DNA of 64,000 bases from positions 8,618,001 through 8,682,000 of the forward strand of contig OZ024744.1 in NCBI GenBank assembly GCA_964016885.1. Reading direction: 5' to 3'. The position numbers and the translations under genes are program-made. This document shows, piece after piece, positions 38,146 to 50,169 of this stretch. This stretch comes from Eledone cirrhosa (Eukaryota). Below the pieces are notes generated by a model, which did no database searches, had not been told where the DNA came from, and was given only the letters and a program-made list of their open reading frames with translations. Numbering within the stretch: the stretch's first letter is position 1; every line of letters begins with the position of its first letter.

Positions 38146-40822
38146 TTACAGCAGACATCCGCCAAGAGGTCTCTGAACAAGTCTGGCATTTCTACGTAAA
38201 GTTTGGGGCAGACCATCCAAACCAGGCGATTTACCCCTTGTGCACGCAGTCATTGCCTCCTGCACTTCAGCGGTTGTTATCGGCTTTTCGCAACACTCCG
38301 CCTCAGTGGCCGAAAGCCGCGGCAGTCCGTCGAGGTAGACACTAAAGTCCATCCCTCGATCCGGCCCGCCAATGCCCCCGAACAGTTGAGCGAAGTGTCG
38401 CTGAAAAGCTTCACACATTTGCCCGGGATCGAGTAGCATGCGCTCGTCGTGGTCCACCAAAGACCGGATCGTGGCTTTGTTGCCACGACGCGCCTCCGCC
38501 ACTCGGGCCCATTGAACGGCTTTCGTCCCCTCGTGTCTGAGAGCACGCACCCTAGCTCTGACAACGCAGCCTTCGTGCTTTGCATTGAAGAATTGGTCAA
38601 GGGCCAATTTCACCGCAAGTACGTCAGTCGCGATGCCTTTGCTAAGCGCCTCGTCTAATTTTCTAACTAGTTCTCCCTCTGCTCTATTTTTTCTCTATTA
38701 CTAAAGTCTTACTAAACCTAATGGACTCTATTCTAATTGCTCTTTTCAGAGCAAACCACCATTTGTTGTTCACGATGGCCCCCGTCAACGCCCGCTTAAC
38801 TAGTTCGCTAATCCGGTCTCTGTAGACCTTGCGCGCTGTTAACGACGCGTTTAGCTTCCAGTAGCCGGGTCCCTGTCTATGAAGCCTATCTCAGTCAACC
38901 TCAGAGATATCGAATTTGTGGTCTGTGTAGTCGACTATTTTGAAATCTGGGCATCCTATGCTAGACTTATCTATTTCCCTACAAAATACCCTATCTAGAT
39001 ATGATAACCTATCTAGATATGATCTGGATGACCCGATGCGGTTTGTCCAAGTCCACATTGGCACATTCCGGAAATCCAGAAACAGTTTCCCACTCCTCCT
39101 TGTCGTCACAATTTGTCTCCAGTTGCGATAGGTCGGGGAGTGGAAAATACTCCACAGGCGTTGGTTTTGGTAGTGGCGTGGTGGATGGTGGAGGCGCTGG
39201 TGCTAATTCTGGCCCTTGGGTGGTGGTGGTGGTTTTGCTCCTGTTGCTGCTACAGTTGCTGGGGTTGTTGCTGCTAAGTTGCTTCTGTTGTTGCTGCCAT
39301 TTCTGCTGCTGGTTTTGATGGTTGAGTCACTGGGTGGGCAGGAGTGGTGGCCTCAACGTTTTAGCCTGAGGGCAGAAAGCATTTAGGTGGGTTCCACCGC
39401 CACAACCGACACACCTAGGTCTTCTACCCTCAACGATTACGGTGAAGGGGCTGCCGTCATTGAGGTCTATCAGCTCTGGAATTTCTTGTATGTTTATTGG
39501 TCCGCTTGGATCAGAAGCTCCATCGCTTAAAACCGGACCAGTTCTCCTGCTTTACTTTTATCACCTCAATTACTTTAGTGTGGACTTCGATGTCGGCGAG
39601 GACGGCAGCCATTAGCCAGGGAATTTCAATGGCCGGCGGAATCTGGGTCACCCTGATCCTTACCAGGCTCTGACCACAATAGCTTAGGATGACTGTGAAC
39701 TCGTTGCTTTTTAATGGGGCCATGGAGTGCTCTCTGGCTTCCTGTGGGTTTCCAAAGAACACGTCTACGGTTCCATATTTTTGCCCACGTCTGATGTAGG
39801 TTTTTTTAGCCCACACAAAGCTTTTTGTATCTATGACAGGGTGCATAGGCGCCGATGCTCCATGGTATTAGATGGGGGGGGGGGGGGTAGGCTGATCCTG
39901 TAAACATTGTTTTACCATTCGCTTCGCTCCACTCAATTCTTCCTGGCTTACCACAACCGTTTCATTTTTGTTTGCCGCTTTAGCAAACGAGAAATTTTGT
40001 TTTACGCTGGTGTTGATGTTGTTGTTATTCTTATTGTTACTGTTGTTGTTATTGATATTTTTGTTATTATTATTTTTAGTTTCAGTTATGGTGGTGGTGG
40101 TGGTGGTGGTGGTGGTGGTGGTGGTGGTGGTGGTGGTGGTGGTGTCAGTGGCGTTCGGCGTGGAAGAGTCGATTTTCGGAGAATCCATTTTGATATAATG
40201 AGAAAATATTATTTTTGTTTCAGTTGTTGCTGTGGCGGTGGTGGTGTTGGTGGTGGTGGTGGTGGTGGTGGTATCAGTGGTGTTGGTTGTTTTTTTGACA
40301 TTGTGGTGTTGGGAATGGCGGCTTTTGAACACCTGTAGACATTGGTAATGGCGGGAAATCCATGTCTGTATGTGACAAATCTAAATAATTGCCATTGCTA
40401 TTACTTATATTTTCCGTGTTGGCATTTTTTGCTGTTGTCTCTATTTTGATTGAGGCTGTTATTGTTGTAGTTGGTGTGGTAATTTGTCTAAAATTAGTGT
40501 TCTCAGTGTTGTCTTTGTACACATTCTTTGTGGTGGTGTTTGTTGTATTAATTTCGGTAACCCTCCTCTCAACTTTTACAACGTTGTTACATGACAGCAG
40601 ACATATTGCTTTCAGCCATGTTTTTTTTATTTTTAAAAGTAAAATGTTCAAATATTGTTCTAATATTTGGGCTAAAAGGCCCAAATATTATACTTTCCCC
40701 TTCACAGGGCAAATACCAAGGGCTTATATCCCTTACACAACAAGAATAATTTAACAACAAATAATTATAACAGGTAAATAAAGCGACTTACAGGGAGCGT
40801 CTAAAAAGCGTCCGAACAGACC
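38146..40822 (-). mobile_element. Tx1-clade 5' part: 5' UTR + ORF1 fused by deletion to a mid-ORF2 piece
   Basis: ORF2 piece 38146-39080 matches the intact copy; ORF1 39081-40619 matches the 47500-48860 type; 5' end abuts (AAT)n at 40823. Confidence 0.85.
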
Positions 40823-40869
40823 AATAATAATAATAATATTAATAATAATAATAATAATAATAATGATAA

Positions 40870-43205
40870 AGGATGTTAGACACAATGCCCAGGCAGGGTG
40901 GATTGAGACAGTACAGAGGGAGATCGGTGAGCAGGCACAACAACAAACTGATTTGAGTATCACAGTTGAAACTCTTAAGGGGCAGGCCAAAAAACTAACC
41001 AACTGGAAATCACCAGGCCCAGATGGTGTGCAGGGGTATTGGATTAAACATTTAACATCCCTCCACCCGAAGCTGACGGCCATGTTCAATGACTGCTTGG
41101 TGTCGGGTGAGGTGCCAGAGTGGTTGACAAAAGGTACCACAGTTCTGATAATGAAAGACCGAATCAAGGGTAATGATGTTACCAACTATAGACCTATCAC
41201 ATGTCTGTCCGTAATGTGGAAACTGTTGACTGAGGAAATCTACCATCACCTCCACACAAACAACTTGTTACCGGACGAACAGAAAGGATGCCGAAAGAAG
41301 TCACGTGGTACAAAGGACCAGTTGCTTATTGATAAGATGGTAATGGGGAATTGCAGGAGGAGACACACTGATCTTGCCATGGGATGGATAGACTACAGAA
41401 AGGCATTTGACATGGTGCCTCATTCTTGGATCACCAAAAGCCTAGAGATCTTCAGGGTGGCAGATAACATCAGACAGTTGCTGGGCAGGAGTATGGGGTC
41501 CTGGGAGACAGAGTTGACATCAACTGGAGTATCCTTGGGAAGCGTGAAGCTCAAGAGAGGTATCTTCCAGGGAGATAGCCTGTCCCCTCTGTTGTTTGTC
41601 CTTGCCCTGATGCCCTTGACCATTATGCTGCGAAAAGTGAGAGCAGGATACAAGTTGGGAAGGGGAGAGCTTACCATCAATCACCTCCTCTTCATGGACG
41701 ATCTTAAGCTCTTCGGGAAAAGTGAGAAGGAGTTGGATGTGCTTGTTGACACTGTCCGTATTTTCAGCAATGATATATGTATGCAGTTTGGTATTGGTAA
41801 ATGTGGAGTCATTGTGATGAAGAGGGGTAGGTTGAGCAGAAGTGACGGGATCCAGATACCAACAGGTGAGATGATAAAGGAAATTGACTCTGAGGAAGGA
41901 TACAAGTATTTGGGCGTTCTGGAGGCTGATGGCATAAAGAACAAAAAAAAATGAAGGAATTGTTAAGAACTGAATACATTCGGAGAGTAAGGAGCGTATT
42001 GAAGTCACATCTGAACAGCAGAAATGCCATAAGCGCAGTAAATTCCCGAGCTGTGTCTATTATTAGGTACAGTGCGGGAATTCTGAGATGGAATGTTGCT
42101 GAACAAAAAGAAATGGATAGGAAGACTAGGAAGCTATTGACTATCTACAACATGTTCCACAAGAGGAGTGATGTCGATAGACTCTACCTAAGGAGATCTG
42201 AGGGTGGAAGAGGTCTTATCAGCATAGAGGACTGTGTTCAGATGGAGAAAAACAACCTATACAAATACGTGACCTATAGTAAGGAGCCAATGCTCAGAAC
42301 TGTACTGAAGGAGGGGACAGTAGGCCAGGGGATGTCCAAGGAGGAAATAACATCAAGGAGGAAGAGCAGCCTTAAGGGAAAATCCCTTCATAGTACCTTC
42401 TTTGAGAAAACTGAATTTAGAGATCCACAGACATGGAACTGGTTGAGAAGAGGAGACCTCAAAAAGGCTACAGAAGGAATGCTATTGGCTGCGCAGGAGC
42501 AGGTCCTCAAAACGAAGTGGTTGAAGCACCATATCTACAAGGAGGAGGCTAGCCCACTGTGCAGGATCTGTGGAGAGAGAGAGGAGACTGTGGCTCACAT
42601 TGTGTCCGAGTGTAAACACCTAGCCCAGACCCACTATAAGGGCTGGAGACACGATGTGATGGGCAGGGTGATCCACTGGCACCTATGCAAAGTAAACAAT
42701 TTACCACATTCTGAGAAATGGTATGAGCATAGGCCAGAGGCGGTGATGGAGAACAATCAGGTGAAGGTGCTGTGGGATTTTAGGATACAGACGGACAAAA
42801 AACTGGAACACAATAGACCTGACCTGGTGGTTGTGGACAAAGAAAAAAGATCGTGTCTGATTGTGGATGTGGCCTGCCCGTTCGACACGAGAGTGCAAGA
42901 GAAGGAGAGGGAGAAAATTAACCGATACCAGGACCTAAAGTGGGAGGTGAAAAGGATTTGGAACTGCCATGAAGTCAAAGTGATCCTGATTGTCATAGGC
43001 GTACTGGGGACTATCTCCAAAAGTTTCCAGGGATGGTTAAAGAAAATCGGCCCCTTCACGCTTTTTGTAACGCTTCAAAAGGCATGCTTGCTTGGATCAG
43101 CAAGAACCCTCCGATACGTCCTGAATATCTGAGGCTGCAGGTAGTGGCTTGATATTCAATCCAACGGACTTTCCAGTTAACCAACATCAATGACTGAGAT
43201 TCAAG
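40870..43205 (+). mobile_element. R4/Dong-clade family A, 5'-truncated, young (RT + open RLE, one frameshift in an A-run at ~41945)
   Basis: ORFs 40863-41954 and 41951-43132; (AAT)n on both sides. Confidence 0.94.
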
Positions 43206-43215
43206 GAATAACAAC

Positions 43216-43251
<36 letters not shown>

Positions 43252-46200
43252 TTATTTATTAACCACAAGGGTTTACATGAAGTAGACATTAACGACAGTA
43301 CAGGGCATTTCTGCGTGTAAAAAAAAACAAGAAACAGAGGATGTAATAGTAGAACAATGAAAAAATTCCCCAATAGGGGAGGGACTTCCGAGGGACATTC
43401 GTGGAGAAAGCCCATTAAAAAGCCACAGTGACCCTGACCACCAGGGCAAGTGCCCTCTCCCAGTTTTCCACCCTTAATTTACAGACACATACTCAGAGTA
43501 GGCCCATTCACTCGGGTCATTCTTGCCTCTCTCACCCATCTTTCAACAAAATGCTGGGAAGAGAGCTCCTCCCTCTCTACCCTAATTTTCCTTTTCAAAT
43601 AAAATTTGAAAAAGTTAATCAGGGCATCACCGAAGAGGTAAGTGCTCGTCTTCAGCCCTTTCAAACGTGTCCACCATACTATCTCTTTCGCCATGGCCAC
43701 CAGACATATAAAAACTACCTGCCCTTTCCGGCTAAAGGAAGAGGGCGGGGCAATCCTCACGATGGACTCAACTGATAGCTGGATCCGTCCCACACACGAC
43801 AGCAGCTGTTCGACATAAACCCACAAGTCAGCAATGCTCGGACACTGGACGAGTGCGTGCAGGACGGTTTCGTCGCCCTGCGCGCATCTCGGGCATGCCA
43901 GGCTGACGGCACCTCCATGCCTGTATAGTTTATCCCGAACTGGCAAAGCTCCTCGGTAGCACTGCCAGGCCAGGGATTTCTGGAAGTTGTCCAAAGGCCC
44001 CGGCCCGAAAGTTTTTCCGAAGATATTGGCTAGTTCATTTTCGTCGACGCCTAGAGTTTCCCCAAGTACGTCGTCGCTCTTCCCCTCCACTAATCCTTTA
44101 TAGAACGCCAAGGTGGAGTTTCCACCGATCACATTGCCCGATTGGTCAAGGGCTGTGAGCGCCTAAAGACATTCCAGTCTCCAAGCGCTCCCTCTCGGTC
44201 TTCGCTTGACCCAGGACTGAAGCTCCGTCAAGGAGACGAGCTGGGGAAAGACGCGTCTAGCAAACGGAGACCACACCTGATCACCTTCGAGGAAGATGTG
44301 GAGATGTCGTAGCCTGAGCGCGTGTCTGCGCATCATCAGCCACGGCATCCCCAGCCCTCCACGTAGCGGGTGTTGACAGCAGATGGACCGCCTGACCACA
44401 AAAAGCGAAAGAGCGAACGCTCCAGCGCAGTCAGGCGGGGCTTAGGACAAGGCACACCGGTCAGGCGGTAGTAGATGACGGACGCGATATACGCGTTAGC
44501 CACCTCCGCTCGACCTTTCAGAGATAGCTTCCTCTCGGCCCATTTCTGGGTGACAGAAGCCACCCTGCTCGTACCATCGTCCCTGTTTTTGTCTGTCTGG
44601 AGATGCGGACCGAACCAGACCCCGAGCAATTTAACTGGTCCGTCCGTCCAGCCCCCGACGACGCTGTTGGACGGTATGAACCTGCCTCTCCAGGTGCCGA
44701 GCTGCAGGCCCACTGACTTTTCCTGGTTGATCATTGCTCCTGTCACCGCTTCGTATTCTTTTAGTGTAGTGCCGATCGCCTCGATGTGTTTGGCGTTCGA
44801 CACCACTACGGTGACATCGTCCGCATATGCTGACACGGATCTTCCGCATCCTAGTTCCCGCGGGACCCCGCTCAACGTCTCCAGTTTGTGCAGTAATGGC
44901 TCGAGAGTCAATACGTACAATAGGGACGAGAGGGGACATCCTTGGCGGACCGAGCGCATGATGTTGAACGGTTCCGAAAGGTGACCGTTCACTCTCACCA
45001 CAGAGCAGATGTCGCTGTGCATGGCAGCGATCCAGCCTCTGAAGACGCGCCCAAAGCCAGCCGCCCTCAGGACTGTCGCTAGGTAACGATGGTCGACCCT
45101 ATCGAAAGCTTTCGACTGATCTATATTGATCAAGGACCCACCCGTGCCAGGTTCCCTAGCTACCCTCTCTATGATGTATCGCATGAGGTGGAGGTTGTCG
45201 TGGATGGATCTGTCGGGAATGGCGCATGTCTGCGCCTCTCCTACCAGACCACCAACGACAAGCGCCAACCTCTTTGCTAGCACCTTGGCCAAAATCTTGA
45301 ACTCTGTGTTTAGCAGAGTTATGGGCCTAAAATTATCTATGTTATCCCCCTTGTTCGGATCCTTTCTCAGCAGTGCCACAACTCCTCGGCTCACAGAGCT
45401 AGGATTTGTCCCGTTCTGTTTGTTGCCAGTTGCAGTAGACGTCCGCCAAGAGGCCTGCGAAAAAGTCTGGCATCTGTACGTAAAGTTCATAGGGCAGACC
45501 ATCCTAACCAGGCGATTTACCCCTTGTGCAGCTAGTCATTGCCTCCCGTACTTCAGCGGCTGTTATCGGCTTTCGCAAACCTCCGCCTCAGTGGCCGAAA
45601 GCCGCGGCAATCCGTCGAGGTAGATACTAAAGTCCATCCCTCGATCCGGCCCGAAGCTGCCCCCGAACAACTGAGCGAAGTGTCGCTGAAAAGCTTCACA
45701 CATTTGCCCGGGATCGAGTAGCATGCGCTCGTCGTGGTCCACCAAAGACCGGATCGTGGCTTTGTTGCCACGACGCGCCTCCGCCACTCGAGCCCATTGA
45801 ACGGCTTTCGTTCCCTCGTGTCTGAGAGCACGCACCCTAGCTCTGACAACGCAGCCTTCGTGCTTTGCATTGTAGAATTAGTCAAGGGCCAATTTCGCCC
45901 CAAGTACGTCGGTCGAGATGTCTTTGCTAAGCGCCTCGTATAATTCTCCCTCTGCTCTATTTTTCTCTATTGCTAAAGCCTTACTAAACCTAATGGACTC
46001 TATTCTAATTGCTCTTTCAGAGCAAACCACCACTTGTTGTTGACGATGGCCTCTGTCAACGCCCGCTTAACTAGTTCGCTAATCCGGTCTCTGTAGGCCT
46101 TGCGCGCTTGTAAGGTCACGTTTAGCTTCCAGTAGCCGGGTCCTCGTCTATGAAGCCTATCTAAGTCAAGTACACAGATCACGAATTTGTGGTCCGTGTA

Positions 46201-49072
46201 GCAGACTATCTTGAATTGTGGACAGCCTATGCTAGACCTATATATTTCTCTACAAAATACTCTATCTAGATATGATCTGGATGACCCTATGCGATTTGTC
46301 CAAGTCCACATTGGCACATTCGGGAAATCCAATCGGTACCTGTCAGACAGTTCAAAACGCCTGAGCAGGTTGGTGAGGCTCTTGCACCTTCCTCCCCTAT
46401 CCGCTAATCTCACAAAATCCCAGCGTGCATCTAAGATCCCGTTCCAGTCGCCCACTAACACTAAAGAGCGGGACGTTCCAAGAAAGGTCTCCAGACGCCG
46501 GAAGAAATCGGGCAGCCCTGCTCCTGTCGGGGCATAGACGGCCACTAGCCTGAAAGCTTGTCAGTCTCCGCTGGTCACGTCTAGCACCACCAACTTACCT
46601 TCTGTGTCCAGGAAGATGGCCCGTATGGCGAAATCCAAACCTCTCCGAAAAAGGACAGCAACTCCTCCCCCCCGATCCCGGACGGCTGGGAGATGCGTAC
46701 ACATCGTAGCCGCCGAAGATCGGTACGTAGGCTCCTGCTTCGGAGATTCTGGTCTCGCTGATGGCCATTACATCTATGTTTAGTGACCTGAGGTCGTTGA
46801 GCAGGTGGCCCCGCTTCCATGACGACCCCAAGCCACGCGCATTTATGCTGCCTATTCTGAGTGAGGTCATGTTGAAATGGAGTTGAAAAGATTGGAAAGA
46901 CCACTTACCTTACTTCTCGTAGAGAAAGGATGGTTTGTCCATCCTTTTCACTGCTTGTGGCCTCCTCAGGAAGGATGTCCTTATAAATCCTCCTGGAGAG
47001 TGTTTGTCGGAAGTCTCCGATGTCTTTGGGGAATTTTTGTTTTAGTGTCGTGTACGTTTTCTGTGTGATGCGAGTGATTTGTATGTGTGGAATGGTGTGA
47101 ACTTTTGGGTTGTTGTGTAGTCTTTTTCTGTGATGCTGATGTTGTGTTGGTTGTAGTGTAATAATTGGTTGTTGTTCAAATTTAATACTGTGTAGTGTGT
47201 ATCGTTTTGGTTGCTTTGTTTTGTTTGTGTTTGTTGTGGGTTTGTTTCTGTTACGCTTTTTGGTGACTTTTGTGGTGTTGGTGTAGGTGATGGTGGTGTT
47301 GGGGTTAATGATGGTGATGGTGTTGGTGTTTGTGGTGATGGGGTTGGTGATACTGGTGTGAATGGTGGCATATCTGTCTTAACTTTCTTGTTCGATAATT
47401 TATTTGTTTCCTTCTGTATTTTGTTTTTTGAGGGGGAAGGATGAGAATTTTATAATTTTTGGTTTCTTTTTTTTTTCTTTTTTTCTGATACCGTTTCCCA
47501 CTCCTCGTCGTCACAATCTGTCTCCAGTTGCCATAAGCCGGGGAGTGGAAAATCCTCCACAGGCGTTGGTTTTGGTTGTGGCGTGGTGGATGGTGTAGGC
47601 GCTGGTGCTAGTTCTGGCGCGTTGGGTGGTGGTGGTGTTGGTTTTGCTACTGTTGCTGGGGTTGTTGCTATTACAGTTGCTTCTGTTGTTGCTGCTACAG
47701 TTGTTGCTGCTATTTCTGCTGCTGGTGGTGTTGATGGTTGAGTCACTGGGGTGGGTAAGAGAGGTGGCCTCAACCTTTTAGCCTGAGGGCAGAAAGCCCT
47801 TAGGTGGGTTCCTTCACCACAAACGACACACCTAGGTCTTCTGCCCTCGACGATTACGGTGAGGTGGCTGCCGTCAGTGAGGTCTATTACCTCTGGGATC
47901 TCCTCAATGCTTTTATGGTCCGCTTGGATCAGGAGCTCCATCCCAGATCCGGACCAGTTCTCCTGCTTTTCTTTCGCTATTTCTATTATTTTGGTGCTGG
48001 CCTCGATGCCGGCGAGGACGGCAGCCATTAGCCAGGGAATTTCGATGGCCGGTGGAACGTGGGTCACCCTGATCTTCACAAGTCTCTGGCCACAATAGCT
48101 TGGAATGAGTGTGAAGTCGTCACTTCTTAATGGGGCCATGGAGTGTTCTCTGGCCTCCTGTGCTGTTTCAAAGAACACGTCCACGGTTCCATACTTCTGC
48201 CCACGTCTGATGTGGTTTATTTTTTGCCCACACATGTCCCAAAGCTTTTTGGATTTGGGACTCAGATGCCCGTTCCACTCGGCGCGATTTTATGTTAATT
48301 GTACGATAAGACTCGGTGCATAGGCGACGTTGCTCCATTTTATTAGGTGAGGGGGGGATGACCCTGTACCCATCTTTCTTTACCATTCCTTTGGCTTCGT
48401 CTAATACTTCCTGAGTTACCTGGATCGCTTCGCACGTTTTTGCTACTCTGGCAAAACTCAGGGTAGTTTTCTTAATTTCATTGTTGCTGTTGTTGTTATC
48501 GTTATTTTTGTTATTAATTTTAGTTTCAGTTGTGGTGGTGGTGGCGTCAGTGTTGTTCGGTGTGGAAGAGTTCATTTTGGTTCAATTCATTTCGATATCA
48601 TGAGTTAATTTATTCTTTTTCTTTTGTTTCTGTTGTCGCTGTGGTGGTGGTCGGGGTGGTGGTTGTCGTGGTGGTGGTGGTGGCGGCTTTAACACCTGCA
48701 GTCATTGGTAATGGCGGGAAATGAACGTCTGCCTGAGACAAATTAAGAATATTGCTACTGCTTACAATTCCAATGTTGGCAACCGTAGCAATATTTACAA
48801 TGGTGGTGTCGGTGTGAGGTGTTGGATTGTGAGGAAGGAGTGAATCTGAGTCATCCATTATTTTTCAAAGAAAAACATTTTTGTTTGATAATTATAAAGT
48901 TAAAATTTTGGGCTCAAGGCCCCAATATTTTTGAGTGTCCTTTTCAGAAATCAATGTATGTGCACTTATATATAGTTAACAATAAAAGTTTTCCATAAAT
49001 GGCAATTTTAAATAACTGAAAATAACAAACATTTGCGGAGCTCACGATGATACGATTTACTACGTAGGTCGC
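43252..49072 (-). mobile_element. Tx1-clade subfamily 1, full length, frameshifted
   Basis: ORF2 pieces 43479-46870 and ORF1 pieces 46905-48858 (CVVCGEGTHLRAFC); (AAT)n at both ends. Confidence 0.93.
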
Positions 49073-49073
49073 C

Positions 49074-49133
<60 letters not shown>

Positions 49134-49147
49134 AAGAAGAAGAAGAA
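49073..49147. repeat. Compound (AAT)n(AAG)n microsatellite
   Basis: Visible switch from AAT to AAG units at ~49104. Confidence 0.95.
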
Positions 49148-49900
49148 GGGAAGAAGACGCACGTGGTGGTAGAAGGTCATGAAATCGCTCCCGTAAGTTT
49201 TTGATTTTTAACATATTTAAATCAATTGTGAAATAACAATTCTTAGTACAAATGATGCATAAATCACCGAATCAAGTCTCATAAAAATTTGGATCCATAA
49301 TATATTGTTATATCGCTCAAATATTCAATTTTGTATTATATATTTTATATTCAAAAAAGAAAATGGTTATAAATGGAAGAAACCCCCCCCCCCTATGTCT
49401 ACACTATATAGAACAGCCAAATAACAGCAATTTCACCAACACCAGAAACTAGATACACCACCTACCCCATCACCCGCTGTGTACACTAAATATAACAGCC
49501 AGATAACGGCAATTTCACCATCACCACCATCACCACCAATCCCAGCATCATAATAATAATAATTATTATTATTGTCTCAAGTTTTAACAAAATGTTTAAT
49601 TCCAATATTAAGATAATATATCAACACATATATTAAACATACGCGACACAAACGCATAGATACTACAGATCAAACAAAACTACAGTCTATTCAACAAAAC
49701 ACCGTAACGACAACGCCACCGTGCCACCACTCCATCCATCATTGCTACCACTATCCCATCACCGCCGCCACCACTCCTTCATTGCTACCACCACTATTCC
49801 CCCATTACCTTCTGTTAACTTAAGAAAGGGGAAGGTGGCGGTATCACTAGACAAGGGAGAGGCTAGCAAAGATATAAATAGATTGACTGAGTGACCCGGC
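49148..49900 (+). promoter_or_regulatory. Second close copy of 5' module 'M'
   Basis: gggaagaagacgcacg...aaatcgctcccgtaagtttt...accagaaactagatacacc aligns with 14268-14920. Confidence 0.6.
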
Positions 49901-50034
49901 CACCGGCCAAACGTCAACAACTATGGTACTGCTGGCTCCCCCCCTTCCCCACCAACAATATAAAAAGCCCCAGCACCACCACCGACATAGCCAACAACAA
50001 TAACAGGCAACTTCAGCAAAAAGTATATTATATT

Positions 50035-50092
50035 ATTGTAATGCACTGGGTAATTGCTGGCCTTGTGCCTGGAGTGGAGACAATTATTAATA
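50035..50092 (+). mobile_element. SINE 3' fragment
   Basis: gtaatgcactgggtaattgctggccttgtgcc...gagacaattatt is the reverse complement of the SINE end at 35400-35450. Confidence 0.65.
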
Positions 50093-50169
50093 ATTTCATT
50101 CTTAAGCCACGCAATACTCACATTAAGGAACCACTCATGATAAAAACAATTTAAAAAAAAACAACAAAA

